From Patescibacteria group bacterium (GTDB taxonomy: Bacteria > Patescibacteriota > SICC01), in the NCBI GenBank assembly GCA_040902515.1, contig JBBDXB010000006.1, positions 66,219 to 130,218 of the forward strand: a stretch of 64,000 nucleotides of DNA, read 5' to 3'. The notes under the pieces were generated by a model. That model was given only the letters and a program-made list of their open reading frames with translations. It was not told the origin of the DNA and did not search any database. A program made the position numbers and the translations under genes. This document shows positions 47,415 to 56,474 of this stretch, one piece after another. Positions within the stretch are counted from its first letter, which is position 1. Each line of letters opens with the position of its first letter.

Positions 47415-47960
47415 TTATGCGGTGGCTGGTTCCGTGGTATCGGCGTCCGGCTCGGATTCTTTCGCCTTGGCGGGAGCCTTCGCGGCTTTCACGCCCTTGA
47501 CGACTACGGGAACCTGCGCCGTCACGCCTAATCCCAGTTTAGCAGACACCTGCCCGGGGCCCAGTGCCGAGAGCGGGAGTCCGCCCAGCTGCTTCGGGTC
47601 CACGTCCAGCTTCCGCTGCTCCTTCACCGCCTTGGCGAACTCCGCCGCCGTGACCGAACCGAATACCTGGCCGCCGGGGCCGGTCTTGAGCTGGAGCTCC
47701 ACCGGCGTCTCGGCCAGCGCGGCAGCCAGCTCCTCACGGGCGGCCGTCTCCTTCCGACGACGCTCCTCTGCCTTGGCGATGTCCTTCTCACGCTCGGCGA
47801 TCCGTTCGGGCGTCGCGACGGCCGCCAGGCCCTTCGCGAGCAGGAAGTTCCGGGCGAAGCCGGCGCGGACGCGCACCAGCTCGCCGGCGAAGCCGATCCC
47901 CTCGAGATCGTCACGTAGGATGACCGGAAGCTGCCGATGGCTGCGTCTCATAGGCTCCAT
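47415..47960 (-). CDS. rplI: 50S ribosomal protein L9
   Basis: G..GELVRVRAGFARNFLL, FGSVT. Confidence 0.9.
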   Translation of the reverse strand: MEPMRRSHRQLPVILRDDLEGIGFAGELVRVRAGFARNFLLAKGLAAVATPERIAEREKDIAKAEERRRKETAAREELAAALAETPVELQLKTGPGGQVFGSVTAAEFAKAVKEQRKLDVDPKQLGGLPLSALGPGQVSAKLGLGVTAQVPVVVKGVKAAKAPAKAKESEPDADTTEPATA

Positions 47961-47999
47961 GCTACCGCCTCGGGGAGCGGGAAACCAGCCTGGGAAACG

Positions 48000-49160
48000 C
48001 TACAGCGCCTCGATCGCCCGGCGAAGCTGGGCGTCGGGGTCGTCCGACGGGACCGCGATGTCCGGCCGCAGCCCGTCCTCGGCGAGCGATTGCCCGCTCG
48101 GCGTGAGCCATTCGGCGATCGTCAGCTTGAGCACCGCGCCGTCGTCGAGTTCGATCAGGTCCTGCACCGACCCCTTGCCGAACGTCTTCTGGCCGACCAG
48201 CGGCACGTCGCGATTGTCGCGGAGAGCCCCTGCCAGGATTTCCGCGGCACTGGCGGTGCCCTCGTTCACCAGGACGACCGTCGGGACGCCGGCCAGCCGT
48301 CCGCCGTTTGAGACGGAGCGTTCCTCGGTCTTGTCCTTGAACCGCTCCTTGACCACCACGCCGTCATCGAGGAACAGCGCCGCGGCATCGATCGCGCCGT
48401 CGAGGAACCCGCCGGGATTGCTCCGCAGGTCCAGGACGATGCCACGCGATCCCCGCTCGAGTATCTCGTCCGCCGCCTGCTTCAGCTCTTCCGTGGTCGC
48501 GTCGCCAAAGCGGGAGATCTCCAGCACCGCCACGTCGCCGCGGAACTCCAGGTCGGTCGACGGCGCCTTCAGCTGCGCCCGGGTGATCGTGAGTTCGCGC
48601 GGGCGTTCGCCGGGCGTCTGGACAGCGACCCGGACCTCGGTGCCCGCCTCGCCGCGGATCCGGTCCGCGACCTCGTCGATGGTCAGCCCGACCGTCGGCG
48701 TGTCCTCCACCCCGACGATCCGATCGCCGGCGCGGATGCCGGCGCGGGCCGCCGGCGAATCCGGCAACGGCGCGATCACCACGACCCGTTCGTCCCGAAC
48801 GCCGATCTCGATGCCGATGCCCTCGACCTCGCCGGAAAGCGAGTCCTCCAGATCCTCGACTTCGGACGGCGTCAGGTAGTCGCTATAGGAATCGTCCAGG
48901 CCGTCCACGAGCCCGTCGGTGGCCGCATCGACCAGTTCCTGCGGGCCGACCTCGCCGACATGTCGGTCCTCGATCAGCCGCTTGGCCTCATAGAATTCCG
49001 AATAATCGGCGAATGCGCCGGTGTCACCGGCCTCGTACTGGCGCGGCGGGATGCCGTACTTGCCGGCGGAGAATCCTACGGCGTAGACCAACAGGCCTGC
49101 CAGCACGGCAGCGATGACCATGCGGGGGTTTCCGGCAAACCTGCGTTTCTCTTTCGGCAC
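48000..49160 (-). CDS. ctpA: S41 carboxyl-terminal protease with PDZ domain
   Basis: GIGIE PDZ, DLRSNPGG, TASAAEI, TFGKGSVQ. Confidence 0.92.
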   Translation of the reverse strand: MPKEKRRFAGNPRMVIAAVLAGLLVYAVGFSAGKYGIPPRQYEAGDTGAFADYSEFYEAKRLIEDRHVGEVGPQELVDAATDGLVDGLDDSYSDYLTPSEVEDLEDSLSGEVEGIGIEIGVRDERVVVIAPLPDSPAARAGIRAGDRIVGVEDTPTVGLTIDEVADRIRGEAGTEVRVAVQTPGERPRELTITRAQLKAPSTDLEFRGDVAVLEISRFGDATTEELKQAADEILERGSRGIVLDLRSNPGGFLDGAIDAAALFLDDGVVVKERFKDKTEERSVSNGGRLAGVPTVVLVNEGTASAAEILAGALRDNRDVPLVGQKTFGKGSVQDLIELDDGAVLKLTIAEWLTPSGQSLAEDGLRPDIAVPSDDPDAQLRRAIEAL

Positions 49161-49215
49161 GGGACTATTGTAGCGGAAAACACCCGCCTCTCCGGCGCCA
49201 CCCTCGCTCCCTTGC

Positions 49216-49244
49216 TTGCCGGATAGTATACAAAGGTATACTAT
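49216..49244 (+). promoter_or_regulatory. Sigma70 promoter with overlapping palindromic operator
   Basis: TTGCCG-17-TACTAT. ATAGTATAC-AAAG-GTATACTAT at 49223-49244. Confidence 0.7.
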
Positions 49245-49255
49245 TCCTCATTGCT

Positions 49256-49513
49256 ATGGCTACGGTGACGGAACCAAAGGAACGGGTGTCGGTATTGGCC
49301 AAGTTCGAGGGCGGCCGGGCGTTGCCCGTGCTCATGCGCCGGCAGGGTCGCCGCCATTGGATCCAGAAGCTGAACCTCCACCACACGCAGCGCCAGGGCG
49401 CGGACACGATCCACTACTACGCCGTGACCACCGATGCCGGTGATTGCGTGCTGGCCTACTCCCAGCAGCACCTCACCTGGACGCTCGACGAGGTCCGTTT
49501 CGACGGGAGCTGA
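49256..49513 (+). CDS. Small beta-rich protein co-transcribed with the Y-family polymerase
   Basis: 85-aa ORF ending 9 nt upstream of dinB. Confidence 0.75.
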   Translation: MATVTEPKERVSVLAKFEGGRALPVLMRRQGRRHWIQKLNLHHTQRQGADTIHYYAVTTDAGDCVLAYSQQHLTWTLDEVRFDGS

Positions 49514-49522
49514 GGCTCCGCG

Positions 49523-50746
49523 ATGACCGTCCTCCACCTCGACATGGACTCGTTCTTCGCGACGGTCGAACAGCAGGCCCGACCGTCGCTGCGCGGTCGG
49601 CCGGTAGGCATCGCCCCGGTGGATTCGCCGGGCGGGACGATCGTGGCCGCCTCGATCGAGGCCAAACGGCACGGCGTAGGCACCGGCACCAAGGTGGCCG
49701 AGGCCCGGCAGCTGATTCCCGACATCGAGCTCCTGCCGCCGACGCCGGAGAAGTACCGGGCGGTCCACCGCCGGTTCCGGCGGATCATCGAGGAGTACCG
49801 CGGCACGGCGAAGCCCCGTTCGGTCGACGAGATCGCGCTGTGGCTGGAACCGCAGGAGGCGCCGCGGGCCCGGGAGATCGGTGCCGAGATCAAACGGCGG
49901 ATCCGGAGCGAGGTCGGCGAATGGCTGTCCTCGTCGGTCGGGATCGGGCCGAACTGGCTGCTCGCGAAGACCGCCTCCGCGATACGGAAGCCCGACGGCC
50001 TCTTCGAGATCACGCGGGACAACCTCCGGGAGGTACTTGGCGGACTGGCACTGACCGACCTCTGCGGCATCGCCGGGCGGACCGCGGCCCGGATGCAGCT
50101 CGTCGGCATCTCCTCGCCGCGCGACCTGTACGATCTGCCGCCCTGGGAACTGAAGCGGCGGCTCGGCATCGTCGGCTACTACTGGCACCTCCGGGTGCAC
50201 GGCCACGCGATCGACAGCGAGGACTGGGGTACGAAGACGCTCGGCCACTCTTCGGTGCTACCACGGCCGACCGCCGACCCAACGCGACTGAAGCCGCTCC
50301 TCCACAAGCTCTGCCACCGGGTCGCCCGTAGGCTCCGTCGCGACGGCTGGCAGGCCGGGGCGGTCAGCGTGTCCGGGCCGGTGGCCGGCGGCGCCGACGG
50401 GTGGGACGGAAGCCGCTGGACGGCGGGAGTCCGCCTGAGTCCCACCGACCGCCACCACGACCTCTTCATCGCCGCCTGGCGGCTGCTTACGGCCGAACCG
50501 CCGCCGGCACCGCTCCGGAAGCTCGCGGTGACCACCCACGCACTGCGTCCGGCCGATCCGGAGCAGCCCTCGCTGTTCGACCCCGTCCGGCGGCGGACGC
50601 GGCTATCGGTGGGCGTGGACCGTGCCAATGACCGCTGGGGCGAGTTCACGGTAATCCCGGCCGGCATGCTCGGTACCGACGGCGTCGCGAACGACGCGAT
50701 CGCGTTCGGGCAGGACCTGAGGCTCCAGCGGGAAGCGACGGGCTAG
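49523..50746 (+). CDS. dinB: Y-family DNA polymerase IV
   Basis: HLDMDSFFA, AS.EAK..GV, SVDE catalytic motif, QPSLF clamp-binding-like motif. Confidence 0.92.
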   Translation: MTVLHLDMDSFFATVEQQARPSLRGRPVGIAPVDSPGGTIVAASIEAKRHGVGTGTKVAEARQLIPDIELLPPTPEKYRAVHRRFRRIIEEYRGTAKPRSVDEIALWLEPQEAPRAREIGAEIKRRIRSEVGEWLSSSVGIGPNWLLAKTASAIRKPDGLFEITRDNLREVLGGLALTDLCGIAGRTAARMQLVGISSPRDLYDLPPWELKRRLGIVGYYWHLRVHGHAIDSEDWGTKTLGHSSVLPRPTADPTRLKPLLHKLCHRVARRLRRDGWQAGAVSVSGPVAGGADGWDGSRWTAGVRLSPTDRHHDLFIAAWRLLTAEPPPAPLRKLAVTTHALRPADPEQPSLFDPVRRRTRLSVGVDRANDRWGEFTVIPAGMLGTDGVANDAIAFGQDLRLQREATG

Positions 50747-50749
50747 CGC

Positions 50750-51304
50750 CTACCGGAACCCGCGGATCATGCCGCGTGGGAACCGGGTCTGGCCGCCGTA
50801 ATAGTTCTGGTGACGGACCTCGATGTCGCCGTTTCGCCAGATGCCGGTCACGACGCCCACGTGGTTCCAGGTGAACACCGCCGTGGCGCCGATCCAGGGC
50901 TCCTGGGATGTCACGGGCCAGCCGGCAGGGTTCCCGTAGCCGGGGTTGTTCACGCCGGGCTCGTTCACGCAGTTGCCGCCAGCCACGGCATACCCGGTCG
51001 TACCGATCAGCTCGGGGACGGGCGCCGGCCGCTGAGGAGCCGGTTTCGGGACCGGTTTCTTCGCCGCAGCGGGCTTGGGAGCAGCCGGTGAGGACATTGG
51101 CTCGGGGGTAGGTGTCAGCAGGCGTTGCTCACGTACCAGCTCAATGAGGGCCTCCTCAGAGCCTTGGGCCAGGCGTTCACCCTGCGCACCCTGGCTGCGG
51201 CCGGGATCGAACTGGGCGGCGAGGGTACCCAGAAGCAGGACCCCCGCCAGGGTCAATAAACGGACTTGAGACAAAATAAAAAAGCCGGAGCTCTTTTTAC
51301 GCAT
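50750..51304 (-). CDS. Secreted protein with minimal CHAP-like domain
   Basis: GNCV...GNPAGW...HVGVV...HQNY. Confidence 0.75.
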   Translation of the reverse strand: MRKKSSGFFILSQVRLLTLAGVLLLGTLAAQFDPGRSQGAQGERLAQGSEEALIELVREQRLLTPTPEPMSSPAAPKPAAAKKPVPKPAPQRPAPVPELIGTTGYAVAGGNCVNEPGVNNPGYGNPAGWPVTSQEPWIGATAVFTWNHVGVVTGIWRNGDIEVRHQNYYGGQTRFPRGMIRGFR

Positions 51305-51344
51305 GGCTTTGGGAAATTCCTCGTTTTCTAGTACAACCTGCGGA

Positions 51345-51389
51345 ATTATACGGATGTTCCGAATCCTGTCAAATTTTGACTTAACGAAC
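51345..51389 (-). promoter_or_regulatory. Consensus sigma70 promoter plus upstream GTTCGTTAAG motif
   Basis: TTGACA-16-TATAAT at 51372-51345. Motif at 51380-51389. Confidence 0.7.
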
Positions 51390-51460
51390 TAAAAAACCTG
51401 CCTGGGGCAGGATTCTGGACTTGTAATGGGTGATCTCAGGCGTGAACCACGCCTAGGGTG

Positions 51461-52456
51461 TTAGTAGAATTTACCCGTGGAGCGGAAGGTTTCCGTAGAA
51501 ACCACGCCTACGCCGCGCCAGTTCATGTGTCGGATCGTGACGGTGTTGCCGCTCACCCCGACGACCACGCCGACGTGGCCGGCGCCAGCAGCGCCCTGCT
51601 CACCTGCGCTCCAGATCATGATCTTGCCAACGGCAGGAGTAGAACTGGTTGCTCCCCACGTACCTGCATTGCCGTTCTGACCACGGCCGGTCGCGCTGTA
51701 GACGTACCAAGTGCACTGTCCCCAAGGGAACGGGTTATTGCCGTGGACGCCAGAGACATGCTGGGGTGCACCACCGCCTCCGCCGCTCGAGGGAGCGCTG
51801 GTGTTGTTATTGCCCGTCGCCTGGACGATAGCCGCGGCGGCTTCCTGTTCGTTGGCTTCCCGCGCCTGCTCGCACTGCTCCTTGTCGAGTTGTTCAGCCG
51901 CCCGCTTAGCCGCTTCCTGGTCCTCGGCCGTGGTAAGCCGTTCTTGGCGCTGACCTTGGAGCGTCAGCAAGCCATCACGCTTCTCCTTCGCTTCGGCAAG
52001 CTTCTCGTCGAGTGTCTCCAATGTGTCGAGATACCGCTCGATCTTCTCCTGGAGATCCTCGTTGATCTTGTTCCGGTAGTGCTCGCTGCTGAAGAAAGCA
52101 GATAGGCGTTCGCTGGAAACCAGGGCGTCGAAAGGAGTGGACGAGGAGTCGACCACGTAGCCTTCCTTCATCCCTTCCAGGATCGCCTCCCAAAGGCTTT
52201 CCGCTTCCTTTTCGAGCTGCGCGTGTTCCGCCTTCAGCTCCGCGACCCGGGCGTTCACCTCGGATATCTGGCCGTCCAGTTCACCGACCTGGGAACGTAA
52301 CGCGAGGAGGTTCTCGTTCACACCGCTGATCAGCGCGGCACATTCATCGGTAGCTTCCTGCGCCTGTCCGGGTGCCGGAGCGACCGTCAGGATTCCGGTT
52401 AGCAACGTGGCGCTAGCGGCGATCGCCGAGAGGGTTCGTCGTGGACGTATATTCAT
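51461..52456 (-). CDS. Coiled-coil CHAP peptidoglycan hydrolase (PcsB/CwlO-like)
   Basis: Signal peptide, coiled coil, GQCTWY...GNAGTW...GHVGVV. Adjacent to ftsEX. Confidence 0.88.
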   Translation of the reverse strand: MNIRPRRTLSAIAASATLLTGILTVAPAPGQAQEATDECAALISGVNENLLALRSQVGELDGQISEVNARVAELKAEHAQLEKEAESLWEAILEGMKEGYVVDSSSTPFDALVSSERLSAFFSSEHYRNKINEDLQEKIERYLDTLETLDEKLAEAKEKRDGLLTLQGQRQERLTTAEDQEAAKRAAEQLDKEQCEQAREANEQEAAAAIVQATGNNNTSAPSSGGGGGAPQHVSGVHGNNPFPWGQCTWYVYSATGRGQNGNAGTWGATSSTPAVGKIMIWSAGEQGAAGAGHVGVVVGVSGNTVTIRHMNWRGVGVVSTETFRSTGKFY

Positions 52457-52506
52457 TCTTGTGAGAGTTTCCGAACGAGAGGGTTCTCTTTTGGATAACG
52501 AGGGTC

Positions 52507-52559
52507 ATTATAGGGCGCCGACGGAGGGTGTCAAAAAGTACAAATTCTGCTTAACGAAC
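52507..52559 (-). promoter_or_regulatory. Consensus sigma70 promoter plus upstream GTTCGTTAAG motif
   Basis: TTGACA-16-TATAAT at 52534-52507. Motif at 52550-52559. Confidence 0.7.
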
Positions 52560-52651
52560 ATGGTTTATTGGAATTCCAGGCACATTTCCAAGCCCGGCTT
52601 CCACACGCCGCGTCATCCATCCCTGTGGATAAGGGTTTGTCAATTCCGTGG

Positions 52652-53569
52652 CTAGGCACGAAGGTGACGGCGGATCGCGATATAGCTGGAGAGCACGCCC
52701 ACGCCGATGCCGGTCACCAGCTGGACCGCCACGATCAGCGGCAGGTTCGCCCGGAAGTAGGCCGGCACGTCCTCGTTGATATCACTCAGGTAGCTGGAGA
52801 GCGCCGGCCCGAATGCCAGCACGATCAGGTACACCACCAGCAGGGCGATGCCCGTGCCGATGATGCCGTAGAACGCGCCCTCGAGTACGAACGGACCCCG
52901 AATATACGCATTGGACGCGCCCACCAGCCGCATGATCTCGATTTCCTCGCGGCGCGAGAAGATCGTGATCCGGATCGTGTTGAAGACCACGAGGACTGCG
53001 AACGTGAGTACGACCAGCGAGATGAACAGTCCCACGTTCCGGATGAAACTCACGATTCGCTGCAAGCGCTGAATAATTTCTCTGTTCTCCTTGTCGGACC
53101 GGCTGGCCACCAGTGGTTCCGCGAAGTCGGATTCCAGCACCGGATTGAACGCATCCAAATCATCCGGATTCTTGGCCTTGATCTGGATACTGGCCGGCAG
53201 CGGGTTCTCCTCCTCGGAGATCTGCTCGACCAAACGCTGGTTCCGCTCGGACTGCCCCTTGTAGATCTCGAGCGCCTGCGTCTTCGAGACGTACTCCACC
53301 GACGCCGCGTTCGGGTGTTTCTCGACCTGTTCCTTGAGCGTCAGGATGTCGGCCACCTTGGCGTCCTCGCTGAAGAACACCTCCACGTCGATCTTCTCCT
53401 GGATCGCCGTGATCACGTTGGTGCCGAGCAGCATCAGGAGCGCGAAGATCGAGACCAGCACCAGCGAGAACGTCACGATGCCGGTCGCTGCCACGGAGAG
53501 CCAGCCGTTCCGGTAGAAGCTCGTGAACGCCGACTTGATCAGCCGGGGGCCGGTGACAAAGACGCTCAT
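52652..53569 (-). CDS. ftsX: Cell division permease
   Basis: ENPLP, NTIRITIFSRREEIEIMRLVGA...PF.LEG. Confidence 0.95.
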   Translation of the reverse strand: MSVFVTGPRLIKSAFTSFYRNGWLSVAATGIVTFSLVLVSIFALLMLLGTNVITAIQEKIDVEVFFSEDAKVADILTLKEQVEKHPNAASVEYVSKTQALEIYKGQSERNQRLVEQISEEENPLPASIQIKAKNPDDLDAFNPVLESDFAEPLVASRSDKENREIIQRLQRIVSFIRNVGLFISLVVLTFAVLVVFNTIRITIFSRREEIEIMRLVGASNAYIRGPFVLEGAFYGIIGTGIALLVVYLIVLAFGPALSSYLSDINEDVPAYFRANLPLIVAVQLVTGIGVGVLSSYIAIRRHLRA

Positions 53570-54258
53570 GTTTCCTTCCGTAGCGCGTACTTGCCAACTT
53601 TTTGGTCACGGACGATCTTCCCGTCCTCCAGCGTGACCACGCGCTTCTTCAGCGCATCCACTACCTCGCGGTTGTGGGTCGCCAGGATCACGGTGGTGCC
53701 GAACTGGTTGATCTTGAGCAGTAGCTGGATGATCTCCCAGGCGTTCACCGGGTCGAGGTTGCCGGTCGGCTCGTCGGCGATCAGGAGTTTCGGCTGGTGG
53801 ACCAGCGCCCGGGCGATCGCCGTCCGCTGGATCTCACCGCCGGAGAGCTGGTGCGGGAACCGGTCCGCCTTCTCAAGCAGGCCGACCATCTTCAGGATCT
53901 TCGGCACCGACTTCTTGATCTCGAGGCTCTTCATGCCGGAGACCTCCATCGCGAACGCCACGTTCTCGGCCACCGTCTTGTGGTCGAGCAGCTTGAAGTC
54001 CTGGAAGACCACGCCGATCTTCCGGCGGTAGAACGGCACCTGTTTGTGCGAGAGATGCGAGATATCGCGGTCGTTGACGAAGATCTTCCCTTCCGACGGC
54101 CGCTCCTCGGCGATCAGCATCCGCACCAGGGTGCTCTTTCCGGCACCCGACGACCCCACCAACGAGACGAACTCGTTAGGGTTGATCGAGAGGTTCACGT
54201 CCTCCAGTGCGACATTTCCTTTCGGATACGCTTTCTTGACGTGCACCATCCTGATCAT
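53566..54258 (-). CDS. ftsE: Cell division ATP-binding protein
   Basis: GSSGAGKS, VVFQDFKLL, LSGGE, ADEPTGNLD. Confidence 0.95.
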   Translation of the reverse strand: MIRMVHVKKAYPKGNVALEDVNLSINPNEFVSLVGSSGAGKSTLVRMLIAEERPSEGKIFVNDRDISHLSHKQVPFYRRKIGVVFQDFKLLDHKTVAENVAFAMEVSGMKSLEIKKSVPKILKMVGLLEKADRFPHQLSGGEIQRTAIARALVHQPKLLIADEPTGNLDPVNAWEIIQLLLKINQFGTTVILATHNREVVDALKKRVVTLEDGKIVRDQKVGKYALRKET

Positions 54259-54411
54259 CGGCGCCCCCGGTAGCTGCGACTGTGCATACGGAATCACGGT
54301 ACCGCCTCGGCTGGGACGGGTCAATTTCCAGGGACGTATCCACCGGTCGTCCCCGGTTTCGAGTCACGGTTTGGGAGATTGAACAAACGATACGTATGTC
54401 CCGGCACGGTG

Positions 54412-54483
54412 CGGCCCTACGGGGAATCGAACCCCGGTTTCCAGGATGAAAACCTGGCGTCCTAACCACTAGACGATAGGGCC
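54412..54483 (-). tRNA. tRNA-Glu(TTC)
   Basis: Reverse complement GGCCCTA...CCAGG TTTTCAT CCTGG...TTCGATT...TAGGGCC-G. Confidence 0.97.
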
Positions 54484-54534
54484 GTGGTTACTACTTATAA
54501 CTGTACCAGCGTACCGCGGTGTGGGCGCGGCGGT

Positions 54535-55485
54535 CTACGCTGGGATCACGATCCGGTAGATCGCCGATTGGCCTTCCGCCGCGCTGTGCAGGTAGAGGTA
54601 CTCCCCGTCCGTCACCGGACCGACGAGCGGCCCCGGCAGGTCGGTGAGCAGGACCTGATGCCGCTCCCCGGCGGCGGTGAACAGCGTCAGCGCCCCGCGA
54701 CCGTCCACGACGTGTCCGACCAGTAGGTTCTTGCGATCGTCGTAGAGCAGGCTCTCCGCGTCCGTGAGCCCGCCCAGCACCATGGACATCTTGCCGTTAT
54801 CGAAGATCTGGACCACCGACGCCTCTTCATCCGCGAACTGCGCCACGCGGATGATGTTGTCGTTGTCCACCACGAGGCCCGCCGGCTCCTTGAGGTCCCG
54901 GGCGACCGTCCGGTGCTTGCCCGCCGGCGTCAGCTTGATGATCGTGCCACCGCCGTTATTCGACACATAGAAGTTCCCGTCCCGCGCGCGGGCGATGCCG
55001 TTCGGACCGTCCAGGCCGTCCGTCAGCTCCCGGACTTCGCCGGTGTCGGGATTGATCCGCACCACGCGCCCCTCCTTGAAGAGCGGCGTGACGATCCAAC
55101 CCTCGTCGTCCTGGACCATGTCGTGCGCCCCGCCGAGCTCGTCCGCGAGCAGGCGTTTCTGCCCGGTCTCCGGGTCCACGGCGTAGAGCTTGTCGTCGCC
55201 CCAGTCGGAGACGTACAGCGTCCCGTCGAAGAAACCGATGCCGTGCGGCTGGTCGAACCCGCCCGCGACCTGCTCCAGGTCGTCGGCGGATAGGGTCCGC
55301 CCGGCCAGCGGCGCGAAGAGCGCGGTGTCCGGCGAACCGGACGGGGGTGCCGCGTCGCCGAGCTGCTCCTGGGCCACCTTGGTCGCGGTCGTCCCAACGA
55401 TGAAGAAGAGCGCCGCGCCGGCGGCGATCACCGCCGCCATGGCCGCCATCAGCAGGACCTTACGGCGGCGTTTAGCCACGGGCAC
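54535..55485 (-). CDS. Membrane-anchored beta-propeller (NHL/SMP-30-like)
   Basis: Repeats such as PHGIGF, PNGIA..DGNFYVS, PAGLVVD. Confidence 0.75.
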   Translation of the reverse strand: MPVAKRRRKVLLMAAMAAVIAAGAALFFIVGTTATKVAQEQLGDAAPPSGSPDTALFAPLAGRTLSADDLEQVAGGFDQPHGIGFFDGTLYVSDWGDDKLYAVDPETGQKRLLADELGGAHDMVQDDEGWIVTPLFKEGRVVRINPDTGEVRELTDGLDGPNGIARARDGNFYVSNNGGGTIIKLTPAGKHRTVARDLKEPAGLVVDNDNIIRVAQFADEEASVVQIFDNGKMSMVLGGLTDAESLLYDDRKNLLVGHVVDGRGALTLFTAAGERHQVLLTDLPGPLVGPVTDGEYLYLHSAAEGQSAIYRIVIPA

Positions 55486-55500
55486 TCCCGCCGCCGGGCT

Positions 55501-56295
55501 TTATGCGAGACGGTTGCGGATCCAGTCGATGATTCGTGAAAGCCATGAGGTGTCTTCGGCGTCATCCGAGGCGCTGCTGACCTTGAGTGCCGGCGCGGGC
55601 GTCGGGTCGGAAGTCGGGGTCGCCGCGGTCAACCGCGGGTCACGGCCGGCGCCATGCCGGACCAGCCAGTCGTCCGGATTGTACCATTCGGCCCGGAGGT
55701 GCTCACGCGTCTGTTCGTACCCGTCGAAATCCAACGCCGGACCCTTGTGGATGCCGAAGTGCAGGTGCTTGCGTGCGCCGCTGGTTTCCGCGGAGAAGTT
55801 CTTGCCGAGGAACGCTACCGTCTGCCCGGCCGTGACCCGCTGGCCGGTCCGGACGCGGACGTCGCTGAGCCGGACGTGGCCGTAGAGCGACGTCACGACC
55901 TCCGGTTCATGGTGCCGGACGACCACCAGACCGCCGTACCCCGGTACGGTGCCGACATAGATGACCTCTCCGTTCGCGATCGCCCTCACGGGAATCTCAC
56001 TCCGCGCATCCTGCCCGGAGTAGAACTCCACGTCCGCGCCGGCATGGAATCCGGTGAACTGGTTGCGCAGGCCGTTATGCGGGAAGAGGTCGCGGCGGCG
56101 TTCGTGGTAGGCACGGTCGACCAGCACGTCGAAGCCCTTGAGCGTCTGGTTCTCGAAGTAGCGCTCGACGGGAAGGACGACTGGCGCGGCGGCATGGACT
56201 GGAGCTGGGCCGGCTAAAGCCAGAACGACAACATTCACAACTGCGATGACGTAAGTTGTCACAATGCCTGAACGTATATATTTCGCTAAAGCCAT
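55501..56295 (-). CDS. M23 family metallopeptidase
   Basis: HAGAD (HxxxD), YGH, HLHF. Confidence 0.88.
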   Translation of the reverse strand: MALAKYIRSGIVTTYVIAVVNVVVLALAGPAPVHAAAPVVLPVERYFENQTLKGFDVLVDRAYHERRRDLFPHNGLRNQFTGFHAGADVEFYSGQDARSEIPVRAIANGEVIYVGTVPGYGGLVVVRHHEPEVVTSLYGHVRLSDVRVRTGQRVTAGQTVAFLGKNFSAETSGARKHLHFGIHKGPALDFDGYEQTREHLRAEWYNPDDWLVRHGAGRDPRLTAATPTSDPTPAPALKVSSASDDAEDTSWLSRIIDWIRNRLA

Positions 56296-56474
56296 ATGCC
56301 GACCCAAGGTAATTCAACTAAGGCCAGAAACCCACTAACCAACCGTGGAGAAGTTATTTTATCTTCTGTTGGCTGTACTTTCTAAACCAAACGGAAACAA
56401 TGTAATTACTTGACGAAACGATGAAAATATGCTTTAATAACACAATTTTGCCGGAATCGGACACCGCCTACGCC

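Noticed and set aside
52624-52632. Perfect DnaA box (TGTGGATAA) as a possible oriC
   Set aside because: A single box with no cluster and no dnaA/dnaN nearby.
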